A stretch of DNA of 64,000 nt from Dipteris shenzhenensis (Eukaryota), in the NCBI GenBank assembly GCA_047967505.1, contig CM106538.1; one strand, written 5' to 3'. The translations under genes and the position numbers were made by a program. Positions 25,473-39,939 of this stretch are shown here, in pieces; positions within the stretch are counted from its first letter, which is position 1, and each line of letters begins with the position of its first letter. Below the pieces are notes generated by a model. It searched no databases and was not told the origin of the DNA. It was given only the letters and a program-made list of their open reading frames with translations.

Positions 25473-26027
25473 TCCGAAAGTGTAAGCTTTTAGTTTTTCT
25501 CTCTCTAGATCTTGACGTTGCAAGTATGATTGGATCTTTTCTAGAGAGGATTTTGGCTATCCTCATCCTTTAAGATTTATTGTACCATCTTTCAAGCTCA
25601 AGATATTACAAGCGGAGCTTTGCCGCTACTCTACACACACAATGCTCTCATAGTTGTTGTCCTCGACTGCACATCTGGCCCTTGTTGCCACAGGGTTAAC
25701 AACTCCCCTGGACCGACTTGATTACTCGTCCTCAAGTTATGGTTGGGTCTGCAGACGATGTTGTGATGTAGTTTTCTTTACCCAATGAGTATGGTAAAGA
25801 TGGTGGCAGTGATAAATGGAGCGAGCTTCTTGTCAATCTTTTCCTTGTAATCCATGAGCACCATAGATTGCTTGCTCAGTTTTTAAGAAGCCAGTGTCAA
25901 CCATTTCTTCAAACAAACACACATAATGCCCTTGAAGAGATATGGCCCTTTGAAAGAGGCGACTTGTTGTTTGAGCATCTATCTATTGATTTGGATTGAA
26001 GTTGAGGTTGGGCAAATGGTCGTCAAT

Positions 26028-28221
26028 GGTGAGGATGTGGGGGTTAAAGGCCACTATACCTTAACCCCAGTTATGTACACACATATATATATGGATGAAA
26101 TAGAATATTAGGGTTTTCTGTGCCCACCAAAACTTGTGTCTCTCAAGCTTCCTCTCACCCTCTCAGCTTCTGTTGTGTCCTCACAACTGGTATCAGAGCT
26201 TGGCAGTAGAGCCTGGCAGTAGCATGAGGAGCCCGATGCAGCCTCTTGCTCGGAGAGAGAGTGGTGCATCCCAAAGGTCTTTGTTCAGCAAGAGGAGCTA
26301 AAAATTTTGGAGCTGCTATAGCAATTGGAGAGAAAGGGGCAAAATCCTATTGGGCATTTGTTTTACTGGGTTGCAAAGTTGAAGGCGCAGCATATAAGCA
26401 AATCTTCTTAGACACACATATGTAGTGGCACAAATATCTGGAACTTGAGATAGAATTTCGACTTGAAGTCTTCAAGGAAGTTGTAGATCAAATTGAGAGC
26501 TACATTTTCAATTCGAACATCTCTGTCATCCGAGTTTTCAGTGAAAAGTTACAGCTCCTGCAAAAAGTGAAGAAATTCATTTCCTACAAGGATTTCGTGT
26601 GTTGGATCTCCATATCCAGGCCACCATTTGCAATTCTAACAATTCCAGTGGGTCCAAAGTGGTCCAAAACTTTTACTTGAGAAGCTGCTTCTGGTTCTGT
26701 GAACTTTTGAAGCTGTGGTGAATCTCTGTCTACTCCGACTTCTTCATTTTGCCATTTCCTGAGTGAGTGGAATCTCAACATCCGGGCCTCCATTTGTAGA
26801 GCTATCTATCCCGTTGGATCCAAGACTGCCTGAAACATATGTCTGCAAATCTGCTTGCCATTCCGTGAAGAATCGAAGGAGTTGTGATTCTCTGTGTTTT
26901 TCCATCGTCTCTTTGAAGGAAATTTCTCAAAGTTTCCAAGACCTTCTCATTGATTGCCATGTGACATTTTGGCTAAGGTTAAGTTTCCTAAGGTTTATTT
27001 TTGCAAGTAAATGCAAGGGTTGACTGGCTCTTACTCCATCCTTGGATGAGATTTTGGAGTTGTGGTAGAAGAATGCAGATTGTCTTGCTGAGTTCGATTA
27101 TGCAGTGATGCCCATGTTTTGAGACATCCAAGGTTCTACTTCACTAGCGGTCATTGCCGTAAGGTCATGATTTCTTCGATATACCTTATGGAGATCACTC
27201 TGGTTGCAATTTAAGCCATGTGCGCACATTGGTGGTTTGCATTGGGTTGGATGCTTTACAAGCCATTTGGATGCATTGTGATCCTTGTTGGATGCACTGA
27301 TAGGCCCAGATTGCCTTGTGGGATGCTTTATTGATGGACGTTTAGCACACAGATGCTATTTTATGCTCAGGGATAGCTTTGACATATTGCAATGGATGCA
27401 CAAGTTGTGCTATGATCTTTTGGATGCGACATTATTGATGCTTATGCCCATGGACGGTGTTTATGCTTGAGAAATTTGGCTCTTATTGGCATTATATCTG
27501 CCATTGTTTTGTCATTGTGGGTTGACATTTTCTTCTGGGCCAGATTTGCTCATATGGATGCATAGTATATGCATGAGTTAGATGCATTTTGATGCTTTGA
27601 GCCTTGAGTTTTGGTGACACTATCCTTCATTAAAGCAAACATATTGGGTGCACCTAGTATTTGGTGTGATTTCTCTTTTACAAGTACTAGCATTTGGGAT
27701 TTTGTTTCATTTGCATCATGGCATCCTCTTCCATGTCTGAAAAGGAGTTTTTTAGCATTAAGCAGTTTGATGGGACAAACTTTTCTTTGTGGAAAGAACA
27801 GATAAGGGATGTGCTTATTCAAAAAAAGCAGATTAAACCCTTGGCAAGGATTGAAGCGAAGCCTGCAGATATGTTTAAGGATGATTGGAATGAGTTGGAT
27901 GCATTAGCAAAGTCTACTCTTAGACTTCATCTTGCAGAGTCAGTTTATTTCACAGTAGTAAATGAGTAGACTATGGAAGATTTGTGGAAGAAATTGTGTG
28001 CCACTTATGAGAAGGAAACTGCCTCTAATAAAGTTTACCTCATGAAGAGGTTGTTTGAGCTGCAGATGATTTTCAGCCAGCTTCAGGCTCAGAAGATGAA
28101 TTTTGATGCAGAGACTAAGGCAATATTTCTCTTATGTTCATTGCCATCCTCATGGGATACCTTCCGTACAGCTATCAGTAACTCTGCACCTGGTGGAGTA
28201 CTGAAGTTTGATGATGTTGGC
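26028..28221 (+). mobile_element. Truncated Ty1/Copia element: short 5' LTR, iMet PBS, long leader, gag fragment
   Basis: LTR ~26028-26185 ends CCTCACA. PBS TGGTATCAGAGC at 26188-26199. Gag from ATG 27718: IKQFDGTNFSLWKEQIRDVL...LWKKLCATYE...FLLCSLPSSWD. Confidence 0.88.
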
Positions 28222-30059
28222 ATTTCCAATTTACCAAAGTATCATCTGCCATTGTTGTTGTTGTTGTAGTTGTGTCATTCTTTAATGTGTTCTGAAGGAC
28301 TTTGATCGTCACTACTTATTGCTTTTTCAATTGTGATTTCCTCCATGCTGCTTGTCGATGGTGAGAGGTTGAATTCTTGAAGAGCGTCGAGGGCTGAAGA
28401 AAGCTCGCAAAGGTATGAAGGGGCTAGTCTTCATCCAAATCTGAGGTGCATAAACAAGTCCTATTTTTTACTTTCAGGTGGGTGCATATGACTACAAAGT
28501 CCGATTATGATTTTGACCTTCGTGGACTCGAAAATGGTCAAAAATAAGCAAGCGGTCGGTCAAAATTAGTGCCTACATGGGGCGATTACCGGAGCCCAAA
28601 GTTTATCATTAAACACTTTGAAAAACTTAATTTACAATAGATCTTTACATGCATGAAATTTGGGTCCAATCCAGGTGCAATTTGGTCTTTAAATAAAAAT
28701 TTGATACGGGCTCCCAAAAAAGGAGTCAAAATTGTTAGGGGGGTTAGATATGCATTAGTGTTGTAGGGACTATCATGTTAAAAACATGCCTAGGATTGTT
28801 CCACATGAGTGGGAAAATGTGCCAGTGCAGACAGATTATCAATCGGAGGTCTTGGCAGAATCTTATGAGCGAATTAGTGCAAAAAAGGTACCCACACGGG
28901 GGTGCAAATTCACGTGTTTTATGGATGCCTAAATGGTGTGGGATTGGCTAGAAAAAGTTCCCATAGCTCAATGGTCCTGTGTGTGAAGTTGTGGTTCTCA
29001 ATCTGGGTCCAATTCGGGTCCCAAACGGGCAAGATATGGACCCTCAAAGTTAGGGGGTTTTAGGGACCCTTTTGTCTTTACGGCCAAGTGTGAATGGTCC
29101 TAGACCTTTGACCTAACTAGGGTTGTGCACTAACTACTAGTTAGTTTGGACTCAGTTACTATAATTGGTCCTTAACCTAATCTAGTTTATGTAACTATAA
29201 CAGTTAGTCTGCCAACTAACTAAAGTTAATTTCTAATTGATTTTCAAGTGTTTTTAGTTGTCAAATCATAGGAAAAGGTACTTGAGGTGATTGCTAAGGA
29301 ATTTACACTGTCAAATGCAAATAAAAACACTAAAAGATGATGTTGGTGAATTTCAAAGTGGTTTGAAGTGACAAGATAATAATAATTTTTAAATGCCTCC
29401 TAATGTGCTCGTAAATGTGTTGTTTTTTGTTGTTTCTTTGCTTCCCAAGGTAGCATAGGTAGTGTGGCATCCCCCCAGCCTAGAAGACCCTACATAGAAA
29501 TCAAAAAATTTAAAAGAATCTTAAAAAACAAATCAAAAAACTATTTCTATTGGACCACGCAAGGTTAGCTCTGAATTCAACACCATGCTGAGTTAGCCCT
29601 AACAGACCTACCACCTGATTGGGTTGACCTAACTAACAATTGGCACATCTGCATAGAAGCTAATAACACATAGGGATGATCAAGAAGGAGAGTGGTAAAT
29701 GTAGTAACCATTAGGTGCAATGGCAACAAAGAAGTTATTGCAAGCAACGGAGATATGAGAGCAATAGGAAGTTGTAAAAGCAATTGGAGATGATGACGGA
29801 AACCCCCAACCCAATGTAGCCAAAAAGAATCTAAAATTGGATATCCCGCCAAATGACTAGCTGCATGATAGTGTAGAGTCTCCCTTTCTTGGACATTGCA
29901 TTAACGTGCCCATAACATTTACATTGCCACATGTCGGCATGCAATGCATCTCTTCCACTATCCACTAAACAACTAATTAGCACTCTTATTGGCATAAAAT
30001 TCACCAAGGCATTGTCAACTGAGTAATCTGTATTTGAGTCTTTCCTGATCGAGGGACTT

Positions 30060-33000
30060 GCTACTCAGTATGGCACTACCTTACTCCCATTATACAATTT
30101 GGGTAATACATTCCCTTGCAAATCTTCAAGTCTAACGATCCCATTGGACAAAACTTCAGTTAACCCCGGTAGGAACCATTCCATCCCAATTTGAAATTTG
30201 TTTTAAGAGGTCCCAACGTATCATTTTATAGTAATACAAGCATACCCTTCTTCAAATTCTTAGGCATAACATGCCTATCATGCCATGACTTTCTTTTGCA
30301 CTATATCACCTACTGTGACCAGGCTACAATGGATCCGTAACTCATCCAAGTGGCTTAGTTGATGCAATTGCCCCTTGATTACTTCTAACTCATCCAAGTG
30401 ATGCTTGGTAGCAATACCAAGATTGGGAATAATAAATTCTAAGGGAACGACTACTTCCACCCATACCAAAAGGAGTAAGATTTGTAGTGACCTTATAAGC
30501 AATTCTATATGCCCATAAAGCATAATTTGAAGTTTGCTATCCCATTCATTCTTGGATTATTGCACTATTTTTGTGAGGATAAGCTTAAGTGTTTTGTTTG
30601 TGGACTCAGCTTCACCATTTCCATGAGGATGATAAGTAGTGGAGACTGTATGCATGATTTTGAATTCGGTCTTGAGCAACTGCACCATGTCATCAAGGAA
30701 ATTTGTACCTTGATCACTAACAAGCTACAAAGGGCATCCATATCTACACATCATATTTTCAAAAATGAACTTAGTAGTGTTCTAAGACGAGCATCTTAGA
30801 GTGCTTTGGCTTCATCCCACTTAGTAGCATAGTCAATAGCTACAATTATGTATTTATTTTATGAGGTTTGAAAGGGCCAACAAAATCCAAACCCCATCTT
30901 CAAAAAGCCTCTCAAGGATGAGTAGGTTGCAATGGCATACATTGATTTGGCAATAATCATCCAATGCATTGATAGGCATCATAGTGCATAAACTTAGTTT
31001 AAGCATCCTTGAACAAGGTTTCCCACCTATAATACTTTTAAGGGAAGTTAACTCCCCTTGGAAATGTCCTCCTGAAGGACCCAAGTGCACTTCCTACAAA
31101 AGAATTGCTCACTCGTGTGGCATAATCCATCTTCAAGAACTCCATCTACACACTAGCAATAGAGGTGTCCACTAATCAAAATGTATTTCCAAGCCTTCAA
31201 GGTCAGTTGTTTACGCCTGTCATGAGTCATTGTATCAAGAAATGTACCATTAGACAAATGATCCATCAACTTGGCATATTCATGCTCACAATAATCAACT
31301 GCAAAGAGTTCAGCATCCAAAAGTTCACTAGTGACTCCTTGATTAACCTTGGGTGTAGGAAGTCTAGATAAATAGTTATCTCCCACATGGATTTTCCCAA
31401 GTTTGTGAGTCAGAATCTTGAAGAAGAAGCATCCAATGCACAAGGCACCCTTTAATAATAACAGTTCTATTGATCATATAAAGTAATGCTAGATGATCCA
31501 CATAAAACAAAAAGGGTTGTCGAGTAAATAATGCCTTAGTTTTTGCACACTGAATATCATTTCCAAAGCTTCTCGCTTAGTGGTGCTATAGTTGGACTCA
31601 ATAGGCATCAACAACTCATTAGCATAATATTTGGGATAATCTAGCCGACCATTTGGCTAAGCCAAAATAATGCCTAAGGCATACTTAGAAGGCATCTACA
31701 TGGACATGGAAAATAACATCCCAGGAGTAGCCATTTCTCGACTCATAAGATCATGGAAAACCATAGTTAGCTTAGTAGTCCATTCAAGCTTGGCATCTTT
31801 CTTTGTAAACTCATTCAATGGAGCTACAATCTTGGCAAAATCTTTGATAAAGCAGCAATAGAAGCTGATAAACCCCACAAAAGAATGCAATTGAGTTAGA
31901 TTTTGAGGCTCAAGCATTTGTTGTATGACTTGAGTCTTACCTGGCTTAGTTTGTATTACCATCTTGAGAAATGACATGATCGAGCAATATCCCCACTTGG
32001 ACATAGAATACACATTTAGCCAGGTTGAGTGAACTACCCACTTATTGTGCATCTCAAAAAGACCTTTTCTAGATAACCAAGATGATCTGTCTAAAGTAAA
32101 CACAAAAATCATCTAAGTGAATGGCAATGAATTTAGTGAGATAATCTCAGAAAGTTTCTACCATAAACTTCTGGAAGGTTGATGGGGCATTTCTTATTCC
32201 AAAGAGCATTACTCGGGTTGCATAAGCACCCCATTCTATGATAAAGGTAGTTTTAGACTAATCTTCTGGAGCCATAGTGATTTGATTATAACCACAGTGT
32301 TAGACTGATCTTCTAGAGCCACAATGATTTGATTATAGCCATTGTAACCATCCATAAATGAGTACATCTCATGTCCTACAACTTGGTCCAAGATTCCATC
32401 AATGAAGGGTATTGGAAACGGATCAGGGACTGTCTCTCCATTCAAATTCTGATAGTCCATGTAGAAGTTTACCATTTTTCTTAGGCACAACTACAATAGG
32501 AAATAACCAATCACTACTAGCATAGATAAAACCAACATGCAAAAGTTGATCCAACTTGGCTTTTACCTATTTAGCATAGTTGGGATTCATCCTATACCTC
32601 TGTTGTCGAATCGGTTTGGCATCTAGCACCAAAGGTATCTTATGTTGACACAACTCAAGAGGAAAGATCAGTGTAATTCCAGAAAAAAGCATCCTTATAC
32701 CCAATAAATAAGCCCTTTGTAACGCTTAGTTTTTTAAAAGAAAGATTGGCACTTACCTCTACCATTGCCAGCTTATCTTCTGTTTTGAGATTTAGTTATT
32801 GTGTTGGCTTTGGTACTAACTGCTCCGTACTAAGTCTTGGAGTAGTCTTTGGCTCTTCAGCTAGCTCTCATTCGCCTTCAATATCTTAATTGAAGCTACT
32901 TGAAAGGAGATCTTTTTGCTTAGCAATCTACTCAACTTTCAGGTTTTGTTTGATATCTGTAGCTACTTCAAAAATATCAATCTCACCCACCACAAGTAGG

Positions 33001-33620
33001 ATTTGTAATTCCATCAGTGTGATTCAGCATCTTAAGGAAACAAATCTGTAACCTCCAAATTCTTTGGTCAACTAAATAGGACCTTTCGAGGATTTGTAGG
33101 AATGCATACATCGTGACTATTTGTTTTAATGATCATCTTTTTTGAGTCCCAATCGTGGAGTAATTTTGCACTTTTAAGCCAAGGTTGTCCCAATAGTATT
33201 GGATAGGCATGCTACTCCAAAGCAATCATAATAAAACTGACTATATAATAGATTCCACATTTAGAGATAACAACATCCTATAACATACCTTTTGGGTCAA
33301 TTGGTCATTGATCTGCCATATGTACTCGAAAAGGTGATGGTTTGTAGGACTTAAACTCCAACCTCTTAGCAATTTCTCTAGATATGATGTTCACTCCAAA
33401 ACCACCATCAAGTATCAATTCTGGTATAGGTTGTTTCTTAACTTTGATGGTGATCACTGGTACTTCCTCATCAACTATTGGAGTCTCAATAATAGGTATA
33501 GTGGCTAAAGAATCTATCTCTTTTGGTTTCTCAGATGCCTCTTTGATCTATTGGGTAAAGAAATCTTGACAATATGGAGCTATCCACATTAACTCAGCAA
33601 ATGTCAAGCTGACTTGCATG
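30060..33620 (-). mobile_element. Gypsy element C: degenerate PR-RT-RH-INT
   Basis: PR: ELILDGGFGVNII, ILLGQPWL. RT: DPFPIPFIDGILDQVVGHEMYSFMDGYNGYNQI. RH region. INT: HLGPSGGHF, VEVVVPLEFIIP. The region 21500-30060 probably contains its 3' non-coding region and extra ORF. Confidence 0.9.
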
Positions 33621-33659
33621 CTCTTGAATTTTTCCCATGCTCGAGCTAGCTCTAAGCTA

Positions 33660-34392
33660 AACCCCCCTCTAGCTCCACCACCTCCTTCTCCACATTCCAT
33701 GATCTACATCCCCTTTTCCACTAGCTCTTTTTTTGTCCCTCTCCACCACCTGCCCCTCCATCTCCACCACCTCCACCACCCACTCTTTGCCCACCATCTT
33801 CCATTCCCTCCATCTACACCACCTCCCTACCATCCCATTCCCCCCTCCACCACCCCCATTCCTCTCTCTACCACCCCCTTCCCCTCTTTACCACCCCTCT
33901 TCCATAACCCCCTCCCCATTGATTCTCTCCCCACCCCCATACTCTCTCTCTAAACTCTGCCACTCTCTCTCTCTTCTCCTCCCTCACCTCCACACTCTCT
34001 CTCTAAACCTCTCCACTCACTCTATCTCCCCACCGCTCATCTCTCTCACTCTCCCACTCCATTTCTCCACACACCCCTTCCTGTCTTCACCAGCACCCAT
34101 CCTTACTTTCCTCTCTCTTCCACCCCCTTTCTCTCTCCATAACCCCCTGCCTCTACCGCCCATACTCACTTGCCTCTCTTTCCCACCCCATTTCTCTCTC
34201 CACACCCCCCTTCCTTTACCACCCATCCTTACTTTCCTCTCTTTCCCACCCCTTTTTGTCTCTCCACCACCAACCATCCTTACTCCACGACCCCTCGTCC
34301 CCCTCCATCCTCTCTCCACCCCACCATGTCTCCTCTCTAATCCTCTCTCTACCATCTCTCTCTAAACCCCCCCTCTCTCTTCCCCCCTCCCC
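33660..34392. repeat. C/T-rich low-complexity tract
   Basis: Almost G-free CT/CCA-rich sequence with degenerate ~57-bp units. Confidence 0.85.
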
Positions 34393-34829
34393 TCACATGA
34401 TCCCACACTTTGGGTGATGACCTACATGTTGGCGCCCGTACGTTGGCGTCATGCCTTGAGCGCGCACGTCCATGCATTGGCACCTAGGCACCACATGCCT
34501 CAATGGTATGCACCTTAGTGCTGCTTGTGGCACAACATGCCTCAATGCTTCTGCCTTGGCACTTGAACCTCTGGGGTAATGTGCCTTGATGCCCTCACCT
34601 TGGCGCCGCACCCATGTTGCAACACACCTTAGGCAAAGCATGCCTCAACGCTTGCACCCACAGTGCGACACTCGAGCCCTCACCATCGCTACCACCAGGT
34701 GGCCCATGCCATCGCCACACTGCCATCGTTAAACTGCCACCACTGCACATGCCCTCGCTACCACGATCGATCCCCTCTACCATGCCCAACCTGTCGCATG
34801 TTATCGACAAAGCATCCATGGGCCGCCAC

Positions 34830-35024
34830 ATAGGAGAAGAGAGAGATATAGGGGAGAGAAGCGAGAGAGAGAGAGACACACACACACACACACACACAAA
34901 CAGATAGACAAACAGACAGATAGAGACAGAGAGAGACAGAGACAGAGACAGAGATAGACATAGAGAGAGAGACACAAAGAGAGAGAGAGAGAGACACACA
35001 CACAGCGGGAGCGAGTGAGAGAGA

Positions 35025-35063
<39 letters not shown>
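34830..35063. repeat. Compound (GA)n/(CA)n/(GACA)n microsatellite
   Basis: Direct inspection. Confidence 0.95.
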
Positions 35064-35067
<4 letters not shown>

Positions 35068-35786
35068 GGTAGGACTAACTAACCCTTAGGTTAGTCAAAC
35101 TAACCAAAATAGATTAGGTTCAATTAGGTCTTCTTCTTCTTTTTTAAAGGAGGCCCTTATTCAAAAATTGACTATTTTTCCCCTTACTTTAGAGCACTAT
35201 TTCTTGGTCATTTGAAGGCCAAATTGGACCCTGTTGAAGCCCAAATTTCACCACTGAAGGCTATGTTTTGTGTCAATTTTCTAATACACTTGACCTGATT
35301 TTGGACAAGGCCAATTATTATACCGATTTAAGGTTTGGTTTGAAGAAAAAATCACCATAACTTCAACAAATCATATCAAAATTGTTTGCGTTCATCACCA
35401 ATAGGTTCAATCATTTAAATGCAACAGTTCTATATCAATTTTGAAGATTATTGGGCAATTTTTCAAGGTAAAACTCAAAGGTCACCACTTCATCAACAAA
35501 CTACCAATGTACAAAAAGGGCATCATCACTAAAAGAATTTCAACATTCCACAATGGAACCAATGTGGGATGAACTTTCAGAGGACAAACCCCAATACATT
35601 GACATCTGTACCGTTAATACAATGGATCAATTGGAGCTAATCCCACAAGAACTTGACATGCAAAATGATCCACTTGCTTACATGCCTATGTTCTCAAGCA
35701 GAGGTACGTAATGATTGTGAGGGAGGAAATACAAAAACTCATCGATGTGGGATCCATCTATGAGATCAAATATATGGTCTAGGTAT

Positions 35787-37058
35787 TCCCCATCCGAAGC
35801 TCCATCATAGATATAATAGGTCCCTGAGAAGAGGGAATATTATCACATTGAATACAAAATTGTGTGTCCTTATCCACAAAAGAGAGTGTATGCTCTTTCC
35901 ATCCAATCTGAATATCGTGGGTTTTAAACCACTCTATTTCGATTAACAAGTCCACATGTTCCAAGTGCATGACATAGCACGTAAGAGCAGCTGAATCCCA
36001 GCTAGAAGCTGCACCTCATAGGTGTGATCACTAGGTATCATGGACAGCCCCATCCTCTGCACAAGTTTGTAATTAACAAAATTGTGAGAGCTGCCCGAGT
36101 CAAAGAGAATGTGAATTCTTTGGTCCCTTACTTCTCCATAAACTTGAAAAAGGTCATGGGGGCCAAATAACGAATTATTAAAAGTGCAATTACAAGAAAG
36201 TGGGCAGGAAATGACATTTACAGAAATACCTGTCATCAAAACTTGATTAGCTTCCTTAGCTTTGGTACCTTGTCCCACATGGAGCTTCGCTCCCGACACT
36301 TGCATCTTGTTCTTGCACTTAGGACAATCATTTTGAGTGTGGCCCCACTCCTCGCATATGAAGCAACGTCCTTCTTTCTTTAACTTCAATGTGCATTGGA
36401 AATGGGCACGACCATTCTTCGTTTGAGTCGAGTTCTTCTTGGAGGCTAGTATCCCCTCGGCTAGGGTCTTGCCTTTGGAATTCCCTCATCCATGGATCTT
36501 CATCATCCATGTGTTTCCACTGGGAAGGTCTTGCATAGACAGAGGGTCCTGGATCAGTGAAGGTGGTTTCTATCTCGGTCTGTGGTTTCGAAGGTGGATG
36601 GTGCTGACCTTCCCTCCCTCTAGACATGCTGACGAAGGGGTTCTCCATGTCTGCCAACTCTATTCGGCCTAAGCGTCCAACATGTTGGAGAATGTTCCTC
36701 TAAGCCTGGATGCAACCGAAGGTGCAGGCGAGTTAGGAGAAGCTATACTTGTGAAGGGGGCCTTAGATGCCCTTGGACCAGAGGGGTCTTGCATCACTTC
36801 GTCCAAGCTCTCTGTTTCATCGGAGCTAGATAGAGTTTTTGGTCGGGGACCTACTGACAACTGGAGGCTAGGGATCGATCTTTCGGATCCCCAGCTAGAG
36901 CAGAAGGTGGGTTGAGCATAGCTCGAAGCACTCTCTTTTGGTATGGGCTCCCTTGGTAGAATTCTTCCAGACCTCAAGTGCATGTGGGATGCCTCTAGTT
37001 GAGCACATTCAGGCTGAATTGAGGTTTTGGAACTTTTTTAATTCTTTGGCTACCCCAA
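35787..37058 (-). mobile_element. LTR-less gag-protease fragment inserted into RT of element D
   Basis: MHLRSGRILPREP...DDEDPWMREF, CCHC knuckle CFICEEWGHTQNDC and protease ILFDSGSSHNFV. Flanked by AGGTAT at 35781-35786 and 37059-37064. Confidence 0.8.
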
Positions 37059-39939
37059 AGGTATCACGACGGTTTCGACAAAATTAGAGTATATGTCCAT
37101 CTAGAAAAGGTCAATGCTGCTATGTGTAAAGATCACTATCCATTGCCATTCATGGAGCATCTGAGGTTCCCAGTGCAAAGAGCATGATCTGGTGAGAAAT
37201 TTTGCTCTTTGGATCACCTCCACAGAGAGTCACAAGAAAGGAAGTTATAGCTTCTTGGATGGTTTCCCTCGGTACAACCAGTTGTCCATAGCAGTGATAG
37301 ATTAGCATCAAATAGCACTCGTGGGAGTCTATGCTTTAAGAGTGATGTTCATAGAGGTATTCTTGGATGATCTATGCATACATTCCACATGGCATGAATA
37401 CCTCAAATACCTTAGACTAGTTTTTGAGAGGTGTCACCTCTATAGGGATTTTCCTCAATCCTCTTAAGTGCCAATTTTGGGTTAAACATGGGGTAATATT
37501 AGGCCATCTTGTACCCAAAAATGAGATTTCCACAGATTAAAGAAGATCCAACTCATCTTAGAGCTACCACCCCCTACAAATGGAAAGGGTATGTATGGCA
37601 AACAGGCTATTATCAAAGATTTGTCTATAGCTATGCCAATATTGCTTGCCCTTTATACAAGCTCTTGATCATATTCAACTAGATGGAGGCCTTCCAAACC
37701 TCCTATAAAACTCTTAAAGTCATCCTAGCTTGCACCCCTATCTTGTGAGCACCAAACTAGAATCTAGTATTCCATGTGCATATCGATGCTTCCAAGATTG
37801 CAATAGGGTGTGTGTTGGCATATCAAGGAGAGTATAACCTGGACTATCCTATATACTTTGTAAGACACCAAATAAATGATGTAGAAATGAATTATACAAC
37901 TATGGAGAGGGAAGGCCTTGCAATGGTCTATGCCATAGAAGTTCTACCACTACTTGCTAGACCAATTGCGTGTTCTTCATGGACCACCAGGGGCTTCTTT
38001 GTCTAGTAAACAAGCCTTACATGATCGGACGCATCAAGCGGTGGATGGTTATCCTACTAGAATTTGATTTCAAATTGGTAGCTTGCAAGGGATGCACACA
38101 TTTTATGGTAGACCATATGTCCCAAATTTCAAATGCCTACAAAACTGGTGTGGACAATGATCTCCCAGATGCCCCAATATTCCTTGTAGACCTAATACCG
38201 GAATGGGCTCAAAAGGTTGATCATTTTTTGACCAATGGGTTTTTATAGGGCAGGGCCCTTAACAAAGATAGGGCCATAAAGCTTATCAAGGATGCAACAC
38301 CTTATCAGTTAATAGCCAGCCAATTATGCCAAATGGGTAAGGATGGCATAATGTGCCGCTATGTTCATGAGGACGAATTGTTTGAAGTGTTGGATGAAGC
38401 CCATTCAGGCATTGTAGGAGGACACTTCACAAGGTATCACAAGTGGACCACATGTATGGGATTCCCAATGGAGAGCTTACAATTAGGGCTAACAAGATCT
38501 TCTAGATGCCTTGCTATTGCTTGTAGACCTAATCCCGAAATGGGCTCAGGAGGTTGGTCATTTTTTGGCCAATGGGTTTCCACAGGATAGGGCCCTTAAC
38601 AAAGATAAGGGCCAAAAATTGATCAAGGACATAGCACCATATCAATTAATAGCCAGCCAATTATACTGGATGGGCTCCGAATGGGTAAGGATGGCATAAT
38701 ACACTGTTGCATCCATGAGGAAAAATTTGTTAAGGTATTAGAAGAAGCACACTCAAGCATTGTAGGAGGACACTTCAGAGGAGAGCTCACAGCCTGTAAG
38801 GTGCTACAAGTCAAATTATGGTGGCTCATTCTCTTTATAGGCACAATCAAATTCACCAAGCAATATGACCCCTACCAAAGAGCTTCATACCTCACAAGAA
38901 AGACTATATGCCTCTTATAGGAGTTCTTACAGACCAACCCTTTGAAAAATGTGGCATCGATTTCATAGGACCTATCAATCCAGCAAAACGAAAGGAACAT
39001 AACCCCAATACATTATCCTAGCATCACAAAGTGGGCATAGCCCAAGACAACTAGGAAGGCTGACGCTCAAGTGATGCCTAGATTCCTTAATGAGAATGTC
39101 ATAACATGCTTTAGCCTCCCATTGGATATTGTGAGAGACCAAGGGACTCAATTCATCAATGAGGCGATTCACATCCTAATAAGTGATTTCCTAATAATCC
39201 ATAGAATATACACTCTGTACTATCCCAAAGCAAACGGCCAAGCCAAAAGCTCTAATAAAACTTTATGCTTCACAATGACCTACATGATAGAGGCTAGCCA
39301 GAGTGGCTAGGGACACAAACTCACCATTGCATTATGGACATACCATACTGCATACAAAGTTGCAACCAATTGCACACCTTTAGCCTCAGGTTTGGGATAG
39401 AAGTAGTGATGCCCCTGGAGTTCATAGTGTTAAGCCTAAGGGTGGAGCTTGAGATAGAATATCTAAAGAGACCATCGTTGAGAGGCTGATTGAGCTCAAG
39501 AAGCTTGATGAAACAAGGCTTAGGGTAGCATACGGCACTAAAGAATAAGGACCTTGGTGAAGGTGACGTTGTGCTATTATACAGTGTAAGGAACACTAAG
39601 TGAAAGCTTATATATCATGGAATGGGTTTGTATCAGGTTCTGGAGATCACACTACAAGGGTCATGCTACTTTGCGACCCTCGATGGGGTCGAAATGGATA
39701 GTTTCATTAATGAGAACAAGCTTAAACACTACTATGTCCCTCTGACCCTCCAAACCTTATAGGCCATCCATCAAGAAAAAGAACTCAAAAAAGAGGTTTC
39801 CCACATGAAGAGGTAGGCAATAGAGGAGGCCTTGGCCCACTAAGTGAAAATGGAGCAACTAGGGCTAATAACGATTTGTAACACGATAGTAGAAGGGCTA
39901 AGACCCTCTGGAAGACCTAACCATTTCCCCTGCTAGGTT

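Noticed and set aside
33618-35003. Several 80-210 aa ORFs
   Set aside because: Translations of CT-rich and microsatellite sequence.
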